Below, piece by piece: positions 40,230 to 53,835 of a stretch of DNA of 64,000 nt. How positions within the stretch are numbered: the stretch's first letter is position 1; each line of letters opens with the position of its first letter. The notes under the pieces are model-generated. The model was not told the DNA's origin. It saw only the letters and a program-made list of their open reading frames with translations, and made no database searches. Made by a program: the position numbers and the translations under genes. This DNA is from Lama glama (lineage: Eukaryota), in assembly GCA_028534125.1 (NCBI GenBank), contig CM052817.1:98272001-98336000 (forward strand), given 5' to 3'.

Positions 40230-41080
40230 TAATTGACAACTCTACTTGACTAGCAAATGGGCATCTTGATGTCTGTCCTGTGCCAGGTTCTGTCTCGGTA
40301 AACAGCCCCTACCTAATGACACAACCTAGAAAACAAGACCTCCTTGACACTCACCTCACCACCCACTGCCACCCTCCTAGAAAAACTATCATCTAGTTTT
40401 ATGCAAACACTTTAGTCTCCTAAATAGTTTTCTTGGCCCTTTTGATCTTGTCCCTAAACTGCAGCCAGAATATTTTTTAAGTATTTGTAATACATTTTCT
40501 TACTTAATGGTTTCCTATTACATATACTTTCTCATCAATGTTTCCTGATGCTCTTAAAATAATATTGGGTCCTTACTATGTCCTAGAATATTCTGAACAT
40601 TCGGGCCCTGCCTCCTCCTCCATCTTTTCTCTGGCAACCTTGGCTTTCTTTTAGCTTCATAAATACAGCTTGCATCTTCCAATTTCAGAACCTTTGCATA
40701 AGATGCTCTGTCTACCTGGCACATTCTCCTCCCACACCCTTTCCTCCATTGCCTCATTAACATCTACATCACCTGCATGTCTCTTCTCAAAGTCTCCTCT
40801 GACTCCCACCGAACTAGCTCAAGCCTTCACATTAAATCATCTCAGAGTTATTGTTTGCTGTACTTTTCCTCCATTACACTTACTGAAGTTTGTAATTATG
40901 TTATTTCTATTATTACTTAAGATCTGTCTCCCTCAGAAGATTACCAGTTGCAACAGTAACTAGTCTCAGGCACAGGGCAGGCAAAGTCCATTCAATGTTT
41001 GCTAACCATAGAATCTCCTAGTACCTAGCCCTGTGCCTGACAGAAAGGGTCAAAAAAAGACTTTTTAATTAACAAATACA
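40230..41080 (+). mobile_element. L2 LINE 3' region
   Basis: cctttgcataagatgctctgtctacctggcacattctcc…tctcctagtacctagccctgtgcctgacag, an L2a-like 3' end. Confidence 0.7.
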
Positions 41081-41084
41081 ATAA

Positions 41085-41350
41085 TAATTAGTAGTATTCA
41101 TTGGGAGCTTAGTATATAGCAGGCAGGGTGCTAAGCAGGTTACATACATTCATTAATTTAATCCTAAAACAACATGTTTGCCTTGCTGACAATCCTTTGA
41201 GTTCAATATTATCATACTCATATCATAGCTCAAGAGACTGAGGCATATAGAGGTTACAGAGCATGTCCATGTCCTCAGAGCCAGTAAGATCTTGGTGAAG
41301 CCAGGATCTAATCTTAATTCTAACTTCAAAGCCTGTCCTTTGGACCAGGA
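41085..41350 (-). mobile_element. MIR SINE
   Basis: attcattgggagcttagtatatagcaggcagggtgctaagc…atttaatcctaaaacaac…gactgaggcatatagaggtt…gaagccaggat. Confidence 0.7.
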
Positions 41351-44279
41351 TGCCACATTATTTTAAACACACAGCTCCTGGTATCATGGGACTGTTAGCA
41401 CCTTAGTTGGTTGCTAGTCATCGGGTAGCCTCTCCCTTTGAAGTCTTCTTCCAATCTTTCTAAATCCTTCAGCTGTCCCTGCATAGTCTGCTAGTCGGCA
41501 CTGTGGTTTCTCTCACTATAGCGGTAGCTCATAGCTCTTTCCACACGGTTTTCGGACGTTAAGCTTCTCCGCAAGAACTTGTTTTACAGAGGCTACTGAT
41601 GAGCCCTCAGGTCAAAACCACTGTTCATCAACTGGTCATAACTCTCTTTGTTTGCTAAGGATGGAAGACATAATAAAAACCCAGTGGGACTTCCTTGGAC
41701 ACCTCTAGTTTCCCCTTGCCTCTCAGAAAAGTGAGGCTCATTATGCTTAATACTCAGAATAGATAGTGAGTGCTCAGAGAACCCAAAGATGCCCTTGCCT
41801 TCATCTCCAACACAGGGTGCTGCATTATTGAGAACTCATTGCTTCCCTCCTGCAGAGCCTGAATTTGAACATCTAAGGCAGTGGTCCCCAAACTTGTACT
41901 TCAAGAATCACAGTGATTTAAAAAGTATGTTATAAATGGAATCATACTAATGACTTATTTTTGTTTGGCAAATATTATGGTTCCATGGTTTTCTTAATAT
42001 TATTTCATGATTTTAAAAGTATTATGTGTTCATGATAGAAAATTCTGGAAACACAAAAATGTATAAAGAATATATATTACTCTTAATATTTGCCAACTAT
42101 AATCCCATATGCATGATTTTTATTCTCCCACAACCCCCAAAGAACTATAACAGAGCATAGGTAGCTAATAGGATACTTGGTGGCAGATTACTCTTAGAGC
42201 AAATAAAATATAAAATCTTTACTATTAAAAATAATACACTGATCAGCTACTTAAAAAAATAAAAATAATTTATTAAAAATTTAGAATTAGAAAACAGATA
42301 AAAAATTACCAGCTTTACATTATAAGTAGGGATGATAAAAAGAAAGACTACTATCACAATTGTTCCTTTCTAAAATTATTATTAAAGGATATTTTAACAC
42401 TAAAAATACGTGAGCAGCACAATCTCAGTTGTGTACACAGTACACAAAGGAAATGTACTTTACATTGAGAGAGAAGAACCTTGAGTTCCCAGGATTTTTG
42501 AAAGTGTCAATTTCTTGCTAACGGCCCGTCTGCAGTACAAATCCCAGTACAGACTCAATACTTAAAAAGGACTCATATGTAAATTGTTAAGTTCAGGACC
42601 AGCCTAAGTGTATCAGGAAGAGTTAGATGGCTAACAAAGCTTTACTAATGTCCCTGGATTATTAAACCAGAATGGAAGACCTAGTTATTGATGTCAATTC
42701 TTAAGAAATATTTACAAGTATGGGCAGAAATAGCCTAAGAACTTGCACTATTATGCAACTAAATTTATCACCAAGGTAAAAACACACTTTATTGTCATCA
42801 CATGAACAAACAAAGTTCACAGGCTAAAAACAACAGTGACAGATAATGGAGATTTTCTTCCACTGTGAATATTTTGCATTTATTAAAATGCTGATTTATC
42901 TCTCATGGGCCACTGATCAGTCATACGAGGTTTTTAGCATGGGTTATCAAATGTGAGTTCAAACTGGTGGTCAGATAGTCTATAATCCAGTGTAAATGAC
43001 CAATTTATAAATGTTGTACTTTTAATATCTTATCACTGTCAGAGCACTTTGTTTTCATGTTGCATTCATTTTCTTTGATTTGAATTAGATGAATGTCATA
43101 CTTTTTGTCATGTGATTTTTAATCCAAGCTTTCTCTAGTCATTAGTAAATTTAAAAGAAGAATGTCAATGTATCAGTATAAAAAATTGCATATGTCTTGA
43201 ACAAGGGAACATGAATCTAAAGCATCTCCATTCCTAAATTAATGAAACTTTTTTACATTTAATTTCTCTGAGCTGAACTATAAGATCTTACACATCATTG
43301 ACAAAGGAGCAAAACACTAAGCAGAAAAACCTAAAGGCAAAGCAGTTAAGGAGGCAGTTAAACAATATGCCACTGGATGATAAAACCAGGAAAAATAAAT
43401 ACAAGGAACACTGATCTCTTATATTACACTTAAATATTAACATTGCTTAATTTAAGGAAGAGCAAAAATGTTCGTTAACATTTGACTTAGAGTAAAGAAT
43501 ATAAAATAAGGACATGAATTAATCAAAATTTTGTTAAAGTATAGCAGCCTTAATTTTAAAATTGTTAAAATATAGCAAATATTACTAGTTTTAAATTCCC
43601 TCAGTTCATGAAAACTGTAAATTTCACCAGAATGTTCTTTACCATATAATTCAAAGGTTAAATGTGGAAATATTGTGTCATTAATACATACACACCTCTA
43701 TAAATCCAATCAGATTTCTACTGTGAAATAGAAAATTAGGGGATTGCAGTCATTTGATTGCTGAATATTCAAAGTACAGATATTTCAAAAGATTCACTTC
43801 TTCAGTGGAATAAGTAATAGATTAGTAAAGAATTATGCTAATATGTATTTTCATTCCCATGTTGATTTTTTTGTCTTTTAGACTCATAAGCAAATTAAAT
43901 ACATTTTCAAGTGTCAGATAAAGAAAGCTAAAAGACTTTTCACTTTTTCTCTCTTCATAGAATTTAGACAAAGACACAGAGCACATTACTGTACATAAAC
44001 AAGTCACATAGCTACATAAAACAAAATAATTTTGGTTAATGACTCTGAAAAAAATTATAAGGATTTCTTATGAGGGGCATTTTCTTTTTTTCTAACATCC
44101 TATATAGAGTATGTTAAAACTTATAATAAACTGCTAAAGAAAAGCTCAATGGTAAATTTATTTTTTAAAATCTTTGTTATTAAACAACAAAGATTAAAAT
44201 AACTTTACATCTAAAAATCCTAAATAAAATAATAGTATGAAAAATCCAGGAGCATACTTAAATAATTAGGGAGGAACAA

Positions 44280-44810
44280 AGATTTAAGTTGGGAATGCAA
44301 TTTGTCAAGTAAAATGTGAACAGTCTCAATAGACATCAAAAGATATTTAATAAAATTGAAAAAAAAACCACCTCTTCATAAAGACATGTAGTAAACTAGG
44401 GAGAGAAGGATACAAACTTAAAATGTATATCAATGGTACATAATAACATTAAAATAGTGAGAAAATAACAATATGTATCATTATTATTAGCTAATGTCTT
44501 AAAAGTTCTACTAGTCAATGAAAAAAATCAAGGAAAAGGTATCTTAAATCTCATCTTAAATGATAGATGTATAATTATGAAAAACATCACATTATCATTT
44601 TCAGGTGAAACAATTCCACATGTATAAAACTCAAGATAAGCCAAAAATTATTACAATTTGGGAGGGTAAAATATGACTACTGATTATAAAATAAACATAT
44701 AAAAATTGACAATCTTTATATATGCAAGAAAAACTAGCTAGAATACATACTAGAAAAAGAATATGATTCAAAAAATTTTTAATTACTAACAAAACAGCTA
44801 GAAAAAAATA
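44280..44810 (+). mobile_element. Ancient L1ME ORF2 relic
   Basis: tctcaatagacatcaaaagatatttaataaaattg…tagtaaactagggagagaagga… resembles the L1 RT region, highly degenerate. Confidence 0.45.
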
Positions 44811-46553
44811 AAAGCCTTTGTGTGTGTGTTTTTATGTGAGTAAGTCTGTGTACTGGAAGTAAGGCAAACATTGTCTCATAAATGATTGGAGTATTAAGAT
44901 GAATTTTAAGTAATCCATTTTAAAAATATGCCCTTCACTTTTCTCTGAAGGTCTGAGTCTCAGGATAGCCAGATTAAATCCATTAGCATGACTTTACTCT
45001 GACAGACTGAAGACAAATGTTCCTCTCACCTTAGTTAAAATGCTCTCACTTTGAGAGAAACACAATAGCACAAAAAAATTCTCAAAACTTAAGAGCACAG
45101 TGACAGTTTTTGGTGGCTTATTATACATAATTCAAAATATATTTCTTTTCTCTTGATTTGGAAGAATATTTTAATAAAGTTACCTCCTAGCTTGGAAGTA
45201 TAGCATTTCCAAATAAATAGAGTTATTCTAAATTGTTAAATTAAATGTGAATTACCCAATCTCCTTGTCTTTCTTGCCACATATTTCTATCTGTTTGGTT
45301 ATTTTCCTTTGTGTATACATATTCTTAAGGGTTGAGTGAAATTCAACTAATCCTTAGGCTATTCCATACTGAAATAAGTTTTAAAAGGTATACTGTGGGG
45401 AAATTTGGAGTTAATTACACAATTCAATATTGTAAGTATTATTGTCCCATATTATATCAATCCCTTAGCAAAAAATTGCAATAATTAGCAGTTGACTACA
45501 ACAGCTTACCTCTATACATTTACTCAACAATTATGTCTGCTTGCAGGCAAAAAATATTCTCAAAAAACCCAAAGATTTACCTTCTCTTTTATGTGCTTAG
45601 GATTTTCTCCAAATTCTGGAGACAAAATTAACACCATGCTATTTTATATAGCAAAAAATGAACTCCAAATAAATGAGAATCTTTCTTGATGGATTTTCCA
45701 AGGGAATACCGAATATCAAGTGGTATTCCCTTGCAAAATTACTTGGTATTAATTTTTTTAAATAGTCTTTTAGAACTAAACCATTCTTTCAATTTTGGGA
45801 GTTCATTTGGTAGTTTAATTTAGATTTCTCATAACGGTAAAGAGGTCTATAATTCGAGGTCTGTTTACTTATTATAGAAAAGTTAACATTAATCTGAATT
45901 CTTATGAAACAGGTTGGGTACCAGCTAATTAATGAATGGAAGAATTTACTTATTTAACAAATGTCCAATTTACTGGCTTGATTTATTTATAAGTATCAAT
46001 AGGTAATAATATCCCCAGTTAAAGCTGGTATAGTAAAAGTAATTTTTCTCTCCTCCTCTCCCATGATACCCCAAAGAAACATTTTTTAATCTACAAAAAA
46101 TACAAATGTATTTACATCTTTAATGAAACACGAGAATTACCATAACTTCCAATGACTGAAGAGTATTTGGCAGAAACAATAAAATTCAGACCTAAATGAG
46201 AGAGAATGCCTGAAGCTGACACAGACTTCCTCAGCTCTCAAACAAGACATGTCTGAAAGGAAGAATCAGTATTCTGAAAGACCCCTCCAGGGACACTTTA
46301 AGGGAGTGACAAGACTTACGTGTGTGGATGGAACAAAGGAACTCAGTGCACACCACACCTCAGAGCGGCAGCTGCGGTGGCGCTGAAGGAAGAATCACGT
46401 CTGTCTCACAAGCTTATTACATCCACCCAGTCCCAATGTCCCCTATAGTCTCTATCACTGATAGCATCAAGGCCAAACATTTCATCAGCTCACAAGTCCC
46501 TAAATCGTCTAAATGTCGTTCGTTATGGGTGAACCGCCCTATATAATCCATTT

Positions 46554-47580
46554 AGCTCGTTCTTTCATTTGGAACATATTCCTCTGTTTCCTCATTTTGT
46601 CGGACTCTTTGTTTCTGTATATCAGGTAAAACAGATACCTGTCCCAGTCTTGAAGGACTGGTCTAGGAAGACTTGAGGGGCTGGTGGGAGGGTGTTTCAG
46701 TCAGCTGTCTGCGCAGTGCTCTGAGGTGGCAGCCTGCCAAAAACTGTCTCCAACTTTTTCAGTCCCATGGAGCCCAGAGCTAGGCATTCAAGGGGCATCC
46801 CCTGTGTGGACTATGCACACCCACCAGCTTTGGCAGGGCCATGGGGCAGTGCTAGGCCAGGATAAGCCTGCTCACCTGCTTCGGTGGGGCCATGGTGCAG
46901 GGCACACCTGTCCAGGGTTGACCCACCTGCTGGCTTTGGCAGGGCTGTAACAGGGCACTGGGAAAGGGTAGGCCTGCTGACACTAGCAAAATGAAGGGGG
47001 AGTGAAAAATGTCACCCACTAGAGCCCTGTCCCTGGAGAGAGTTCCAAGAGACCCCTGCCCCTCTGGCAGGTGCTTTAAGATTATCAAATAAATCTCCAC
47101 ATATGTCTAGGCACTTTGAAAACTGCTGCTTTTGCACTGGATCTCAGAGCAAGTGAACCTGAGTGCAGGTCTTTTAACAGCAGAGTCTCCGTTTCTGACA
47201 GCGCTTTTGGCCTCCAGGATGTAAGCCTCACTGGTTTTCAAAGCCAGACATCCTGAGGGCTTGTCTCTCTGATAGAGGTCTAGGCTGTGTGACGTGGGGC
47301 TTGAACCCCTCAGTCCTTGGCTGGAAGCTCCGTATTTGTGAGGCCCCTCCCAATTGTGTTTTGCTACGCCGGGGGTAGGGTTTTTAGGGACACTGCATCT
47401 CTGCCTCTCCTGCCCATCTTGATGTGGCTGTGGCCTTTTCATCCTTTGTTGTGGAAGGGGATCTTCAGCTAGTTTTCAAGTCTTTTTCAGAGGGAACTGT
47501 TTAATATGTAGCTGCAGATTTGGTGTGTCCATGGGAGAAAGTGAGTTCAGGATCCTCCTACTAGCTTGAACTGTCCCCAC
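46554..47580 (-). mobile_element. Isolated L1 5'UTR plus first ~13 codons of ORF1 (L1M2/L1MA-type 5' end)
   Basis: Minus strand starts ggggacagttcaag…taggaggatcctgaactcactttctcccatggacacaccaaatct… (L1 5' end). The segment is GC-rich. An ORF1-like start, ATG at 46595 giving MRKQRNMFQMKERA, is followed by an abrupt end. tccattt is repeated at 46547-46553 and 47581-47587. Confidence 0.8.
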
Positions 47581-50529
47581 TCCATTTCTTAAAGTATTCT
47601 TTTAAAAGACACAAAACGATGCAGAATAATTCCTGATGAACCTAAACTCCCATTTAGGAACATACATAGTATTTCAGCCGGACATACTGCTGCCTCTAAC
47701 AATCTAGAGGTTTGGTTACCAATGAAAAGGGGCAAGACCACACATGTGTATATTTACAGTGTCTTTCCTTCATTCATTCTCCAAATGAATTAATGGCATT
47801 TGGAAAGAAGCTCTCATGAAATATTTTTTCTATAAATATATCACTATATTGTTTCCTAGTTCTAAGTAAACATTTATCAATCAGGTTATCTAATAATTGT
47901 ATTTAGGGAAAAAGTGATGTTTAATGATGTATTTCTCACATTTGAGATTGGGTAAAGAGCAAAATCCCAGTGTTTTGTGGATGTTGCTTCTTGGAAATAC
48001 AAGACAAGTTGGGTTATTTCCCCTTGGGTTTTTTGCAAAAGAGCAAGATTAATTGCTGGAATAAAGATAGGCTTACATAATTTATAACTGTGTATGTGGT
48101 CCACTGTGATGTATTTAATTTCTTTCATGAGATAACAAGCTTAAAGGATAAAGTAAATTAGAGACCTGCTATCTCTCTACTTTAATGGGGCTTTAAAGAA
48201 GACTGTGTAAAAAAAATTAAGTGGAAATGAAAGAAAAACAGATTAGCAAGGACTAAGATCAAATGGATTGGCAGAAATAATAAACAGATTGTTTTTAGTG
48301 TTCCATGGCAAATTGACAGCAGATATTAGTGAAACTGATAACAAATATGAGCCTAACATATTGTATTATCTTGAGGAAAAGGAGGAAATGTTAACATAAT
48401 GTAGCTCAGAAAATGCATTGAGATTATCTTCAGAAATAGTACAAAGCAAAGAAGAAAAGACAGATGAATTTGACTACATTAAAATTAAGAGTTACTGTTT
48501 ATCAAAAGACCACTTTCCCCCCTAACCTCCACTTCCTTTTAGGATGAAATACCCTTTATAAGCACAACCTGATAACATGATATGTAATACACTGTGATTT
48601 TATCAGAGTCATGACGTTTTTTACCTTTAACCCTGAAGCACAGTCGAGTTTTTGTTGACAACCAGCTCTTCCTAATGAACAATATAACCTGTAGACAGGC
48701 CCTCAGGAGCAATTCTTTTCTGCACTTCAGTGCAGCCTTCTTCTTGGCTCAAAAATTAACTAGATACAGGTGACTGAGAGAATGGTGGCTAAATGGTCAA
48801 CATGGCTGTCAAGGTAAGGTCAATCTGTATTCCTGCAAAAGCTCATGTAATTGTGTGTATGTCTGTGTTTAGATATGTGTATCTATAATAAATACCTGAG
48901 TTTTAACTATTTAACAGAAGACACAGACTATGTATATAGTTATTTCTAAAATATATTATCAAGTTTTTAAGTTTGTACACATTTGATACTCCAGGTATCT
49001 AATTTCAAAATTAGAACTGAAATCAATACATTAAACCAGCCAACTGATGGTTTAAAATATGATTGTAAAAAAGGAAAATGAGATAAGTTATACAGCCTAA
49101 CTTTTGAGTGAAAATGGTGAGTAAAGGGACTTAATAGTTCTGTTAAATGTTGCCAGTGCTTAAGGTAACTGTTATCATCAATGGATGGTAACATAAAGTT
49201 TCATGAGTTCAGAATTTGTATCTGTACTGTTACTCTCTGTATTCCTTCATAACAGGCTAACAGCTGCTTTCCTGATGATTTACCCCAAAATCTGGGATCT
49301 TGATTCAAATTTTTAAAGGAAGGTTTATGTTTCAAGCAGCATGTTTTACTTAGGATATCACTTGGAAATAAAAAGGGAATATCTTTTTTTTTTTTTTTTG
49401 CTGAGAAATACAGCTGCCTATTCATTTGAGTTGTCATATTATCCACTACTGATCTGGTTTAATCTCCCATGAGATTTACATTATTGTTCCAAACCAAAGA
49501 TTATTTTCTATTTATTCCTCCACAGTGTTAGCATCAGGTGCATTTCCCATCTTCACCCTTCCAAAAAAAATTTGACATTATTTTATCTAACTTTCAGAGG
49601 AATCACTAAGGACTAAAAAAAAAAGTGAGAATTATTATATTCTGACATGCAATATTTTGGATAAAATTATTATGTTACTGAATTAAAATACTAAAAATAC
49701 AGTTTAGAGATCTTTTTTTCTTTTCATTAGTTGTCATGAGAAATTTGAGATGAGCCATTCATGCTCTCTTACTTGGTGACTCTAATGATCCCTGAGATGC
49801 ATTTATAAGAATGCTGCCTTTAAAGAGGACTTCATTCTTGTGCAGTAGAACACAATGGATTCTTTATGTCAAGATAACTGGCCCATGAAATAATTGAATC
49901 CATATTGTTAGGTCTTTCTAATATGCTCCATTCAAAGGAGATAGTTTTGGCTCAAATATAAATAATACTTAAACTTTTGAACAATAATAAAAATATGTTT
50001 CAAGATTTATTTGCTTTTTAAAAAAGTGTTTATGCTACTAGGTGTCATTTTAGTGGACAGTAAATTACATAGGCATGGGGGAAAACTTGAGATATTATTA
50101 TAGCAAACTGAAACACAGGATTTTTTACATGGCACTAAGACCTTAATTTTAATAATCTCTGGAAGTAGTTGAAGAAAACAATGGGTTGTACACTTACTTA
50201 TTAACTTTATAGTTATGGCTTTCATGTTAAAAATACAAATTAAAGACATTATGTATTCTTCTAAATTGCACATATAAATGTATTTCCATGAAGCATTAAT
50301 TTCAGTAGAACATTTCATTTGAGAAATTCAGGGCAAAATATACTATTTTAAATTCTCTAAAAGTCAAGTCAGGATAATCAGTAACAGTAATTTCTTAGAA
50401 ACAGAATTATGAAGCCTGAGGATGGTTTATACTTTACATTCAGTAAATGAAATTCAAATGTTGTCAAAATGTTAAGTCCCCAACCAAAATGTTACTCCAT
50501 GGCATTAACATAGCAGAAATCTAAAATCA

Positions 50530-50765
50530 CTCATTTATTTATTGAGCAATTATGTGATATACGCTGTTAAATATCACAGATAAAAAGTGAGCAAAGTGGT
50601 ACTTTCCTTCATGAACCTAACGGTCTATTTGGAAATGAGATAGATAATAAGAAAATGAACAAATATATACAAATTATTACTCATGTAAAAAAGGAAAATG
50701 GCATAGTTATACAAAAGTAAGTAATGAGTGGTAGTAGAATGAATCACTTTAGCTAGGTTTTAAAG
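50530..50765 (-). mobile_element. L2 3' end (likely continues at ~55050-55340 beyond the L1 insertion)
   Basis: tcactcatttatttattgagcaattatgtg…gtgagcaaagtggtactttccttcatgaaccta…ctatttggaaatgagatagataataag. Confidence 0.55.
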
Positions 50766-52006
50766 AAATTGCTTCTATAGAAATTGAAAGTACATTAATA
50801 TTTATAGAAATTGAATTATCAGATACCAATAAGATAAAATTCAAAATGTCTGGCATCCAATAAAAATTACCAGGCATGCAAAGAAGCAACCCATACTGAG
50901 GAGAAAAATCAGTCAATCTAAACAGACTCACAAATAACACAGATGACAGAATTAATAGACAGTGACGTGAACATGATTATAACCATATTCCATATGTTCA
51001 AGAAGTTAGAGGAAAGATTAAACAAGTTAAATAGGAACATGAATGATATAATCAAAACTAAAATCAAACATCTAGAGATGAAAAATATAATGTCTGAGGT
51101 GAAAAGTATACTTGATGGAATTAATGGCAGAATATGCACTACATATAAACAGTGATTGAAATTAAAGACACTGCAATAAAAGCTATGCAAAATGAAACAG
51201 GGAAAGAAGATTTAAAAAATAGAAAGCATGTCATTGAACTGTAGGATCAACTTCAAGCAGCCTAGCATGTATGTAACTCAAACCCCCTAAGCTGAAGAGC
51301 ATAATAGGGAGAAAACAGAATATTTGAAGAAATAGGGTCAATTTTCTAAATTTAACAAAAACTGTAAACTCACAGGTCCAAGAAGCTCAAAGAACCCAAG
51401 CAGAAGAAATATGAAGGAAACTACAGCAAAATACATCACAGTCAAATATAATAAAATTGGTAATAAATAAATAATCTTTAAAGCATCCAGAGAAAAAAGA
51501 CACATTATCTGCAGAGGAACAAATATAAGTTCTAGAAACGATGAGATTTCAACACTCCTCTCTAAATAATTGATAGAACACACAGAAAACCATTAAGGAA
51601 AAAGAGAAGTTGAATAATAATAACTTAATTGATATTGAAAAAACACTTCAACCAACAGCATCATAATACACATTCTCTTCAAATACACACAGAACATACT
51701 CCACAATAGATTAAATCCTGGGTCAAAAAAAGTCTCAGTAAATTTCAAAAGATTCAAGTCATACACAATACGTTCTAAGACTACAATGGGATAATGTGAA
51801 AAGTAAATAACAGATCTCTGGAAAATCCTCAAATCTTTGGAAACTCCTTAACATACATCTAAATAACTCCATAGTTAAAGGGCAAATTTTAAAACACTTT
51901 GAACTGAATGAGAATGAAAATATAAAATATTAAAATTTGTGGGCTTTCACTAAAGTAGTACTTTAAAATTTATAGTACTAAATGCCTATATTAGAAAAGA
52001 AATACT

Positions 52007-52403
52007 TCAGATATTAACCCCTTGTGGGTTTTGTCATTTGCAAATATTTTCTCCCATTCCATAGGCTGTCTTTTCAATTTGTCAATGGTTTCCTTTGCTG
52101 TGAAAAGCTTTTAAGTTTAATTAGGTCCTATTTGTTTATTTTTGCTTTTTTTTTTTAACTTAGGATACAGATCCAGGAAAATATTGCTATGATTTATGTC
52201 AAACAGTGTTCTGCTTACTATGTATAAAATTGACAAGCAACAAGGATATATTGTACAGCATAGGGAATTATAGCCATTAATTTACAATAACTTTTAATGT
52301 AGTATAATCTGTAATAATACCAAATCATTATACTGTATACTTAAAGCTAATATAATATTATACATCAACTTCAATGAAAAATATTACAAAATTTGAAAAA
52401 AAG
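52007..52403. mobile_element. Younger L1 with 5' inversion, nested in the older L1
   Basis: 52007-52214 is antisense ORF2 (atttgcaaatattttctcccattccataggctgtc). 52215-52403 is a sense cetartiodactyl-type 3'UTR (aacaaggatatattgtacagcatagggaa…) with an A-rich tail. Confidence 0.75.
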
Positions 52404-53362
52404 TACTGCTCATACCCAAGAATCAATTTTCTGCTTTAAGACTCTAGAAAAAGGAAACTTAAAATGAAACCCTAAAAATAGAACAGAAAGGAAAAATTAC
52501 AGGACAGAGCAGAAAACAGTGAAATACAAAACAGAAAATCAACAGAGAAAAGTCAGTGAAACAAAGCTGATTCTTTGATACTGATCAGTAGAACTGGTAA
52601 AAATTTTAGCCAAAAAAATGAGAAGATAAAAAAATTTCCAGTATCAAGAATGAGAAAAGTGACACCACTACATCATCTACAGATGTTAAAATAGGGAACT
52701 GTTATGAATAACATTATGTCAATAAATTTAACAACGTTGATGAAATCAACGAATTCCTTGAAAGACACAAATTAGTAAAGCTCACTCAAGAAGAAATAGT
52801 CTGTACCTATGAAAGAAACTGAATTTGTGATTAAACACCATCACAAAATAAAACAAAAAACTCCACAGCCAGATGGTTTCACTGGAGAATTCTACAAAAT
52901 ATTTAAAGGAGAAATGATAGCAGTTCTATGAAACATCTTCCAGATATTCGAATAAGAAGGATGCTTTCCAATTCATTCTATGAGTCAAAACTATTCCAAT
53001 ATAAAAATAAGGAAAAACTTTACAAGAAAACTACACAACAATATTTCTCAAGAACATAGATTCAAAAGTTCTTAACAAAATTTCAGCAAACTGAATTCCA
53101 TACTATACAAAAAAGATAATATACCATGAATTTATTTTAGAGATTTTGGCTTGAGAATGGAAAATCAATCAATCATATTCATCACATTATACAACCACAT
53201 GTCATCTCAACAGATGCAGAAAAAGTATTTAACAAAATCTAATATTTTTTCCTGGTAAAACTTCTGAACAAGGTAGGAACAGAAAGGAACTTCCTCAACC
53301 TGATAAGGTCATCTACGAAAAGCAAACAGCTAACATCGTATTTAATAGTGAAAAACTGCATA

Positions 53363-53708
53363 CAATTGGCCCTCTGTATCCACAGGTTCCACATCTGTGG
53401 AATCAGCTAACCATATATCGAAAATATACCCCTAAATTCCATAAAGTTACAAAAAGCAAAACTTGAGTTTGTCATGCACTAGCAAGTATTTATATAGCAT
53501 TTACATTGTACTTACAACTATTTACACAGCATTTACATTATAGTAGGTATTATAAGTAATCTAGAGATGATTTCAAGTATACAGGAGGATATGTGTAGGT
53601 CATTTGCAAACACTATGCCATTTTATATAAGGGACTTCAGCATCCCTGGATTTTGGTATCTGCAGAGGGTTCTGGAATCAATTTCCCACAGATATCAAGG
53701 AACAACTT
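53363..53708. mobile_element. MER2-like TcMar-Tigger MITE with TA target duplication
   Basis: TA|caattggccctctgtatcc … gatatcaaggaacaactt|TA terminal inverted repeats, with internal ggtattataagtaatctagagatgattt…gccattttatataagggactt. The host L1 reads through on both sides. Confidence 0.9.
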
Positions 53709-53835
53709 TACTTTTCCCTTAAGGTCAGGAAGAAAGCACGGATAAACATTCTTATCACTTCTTTTTAATACAGTTGTGGCTCTAGTTAGTGTCATAAGAC
53801 CAGAAAAATAAATAAATGAAAAGCATGTATCTTTG

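Noticed and set aside
46684..47442. Cluster of GC-rich ORFs (88, 82 and 111 aa) suggesting a gene
   Set aside because: All lie within the GC-rich L1 5'UTR, where stop codons are scarce.
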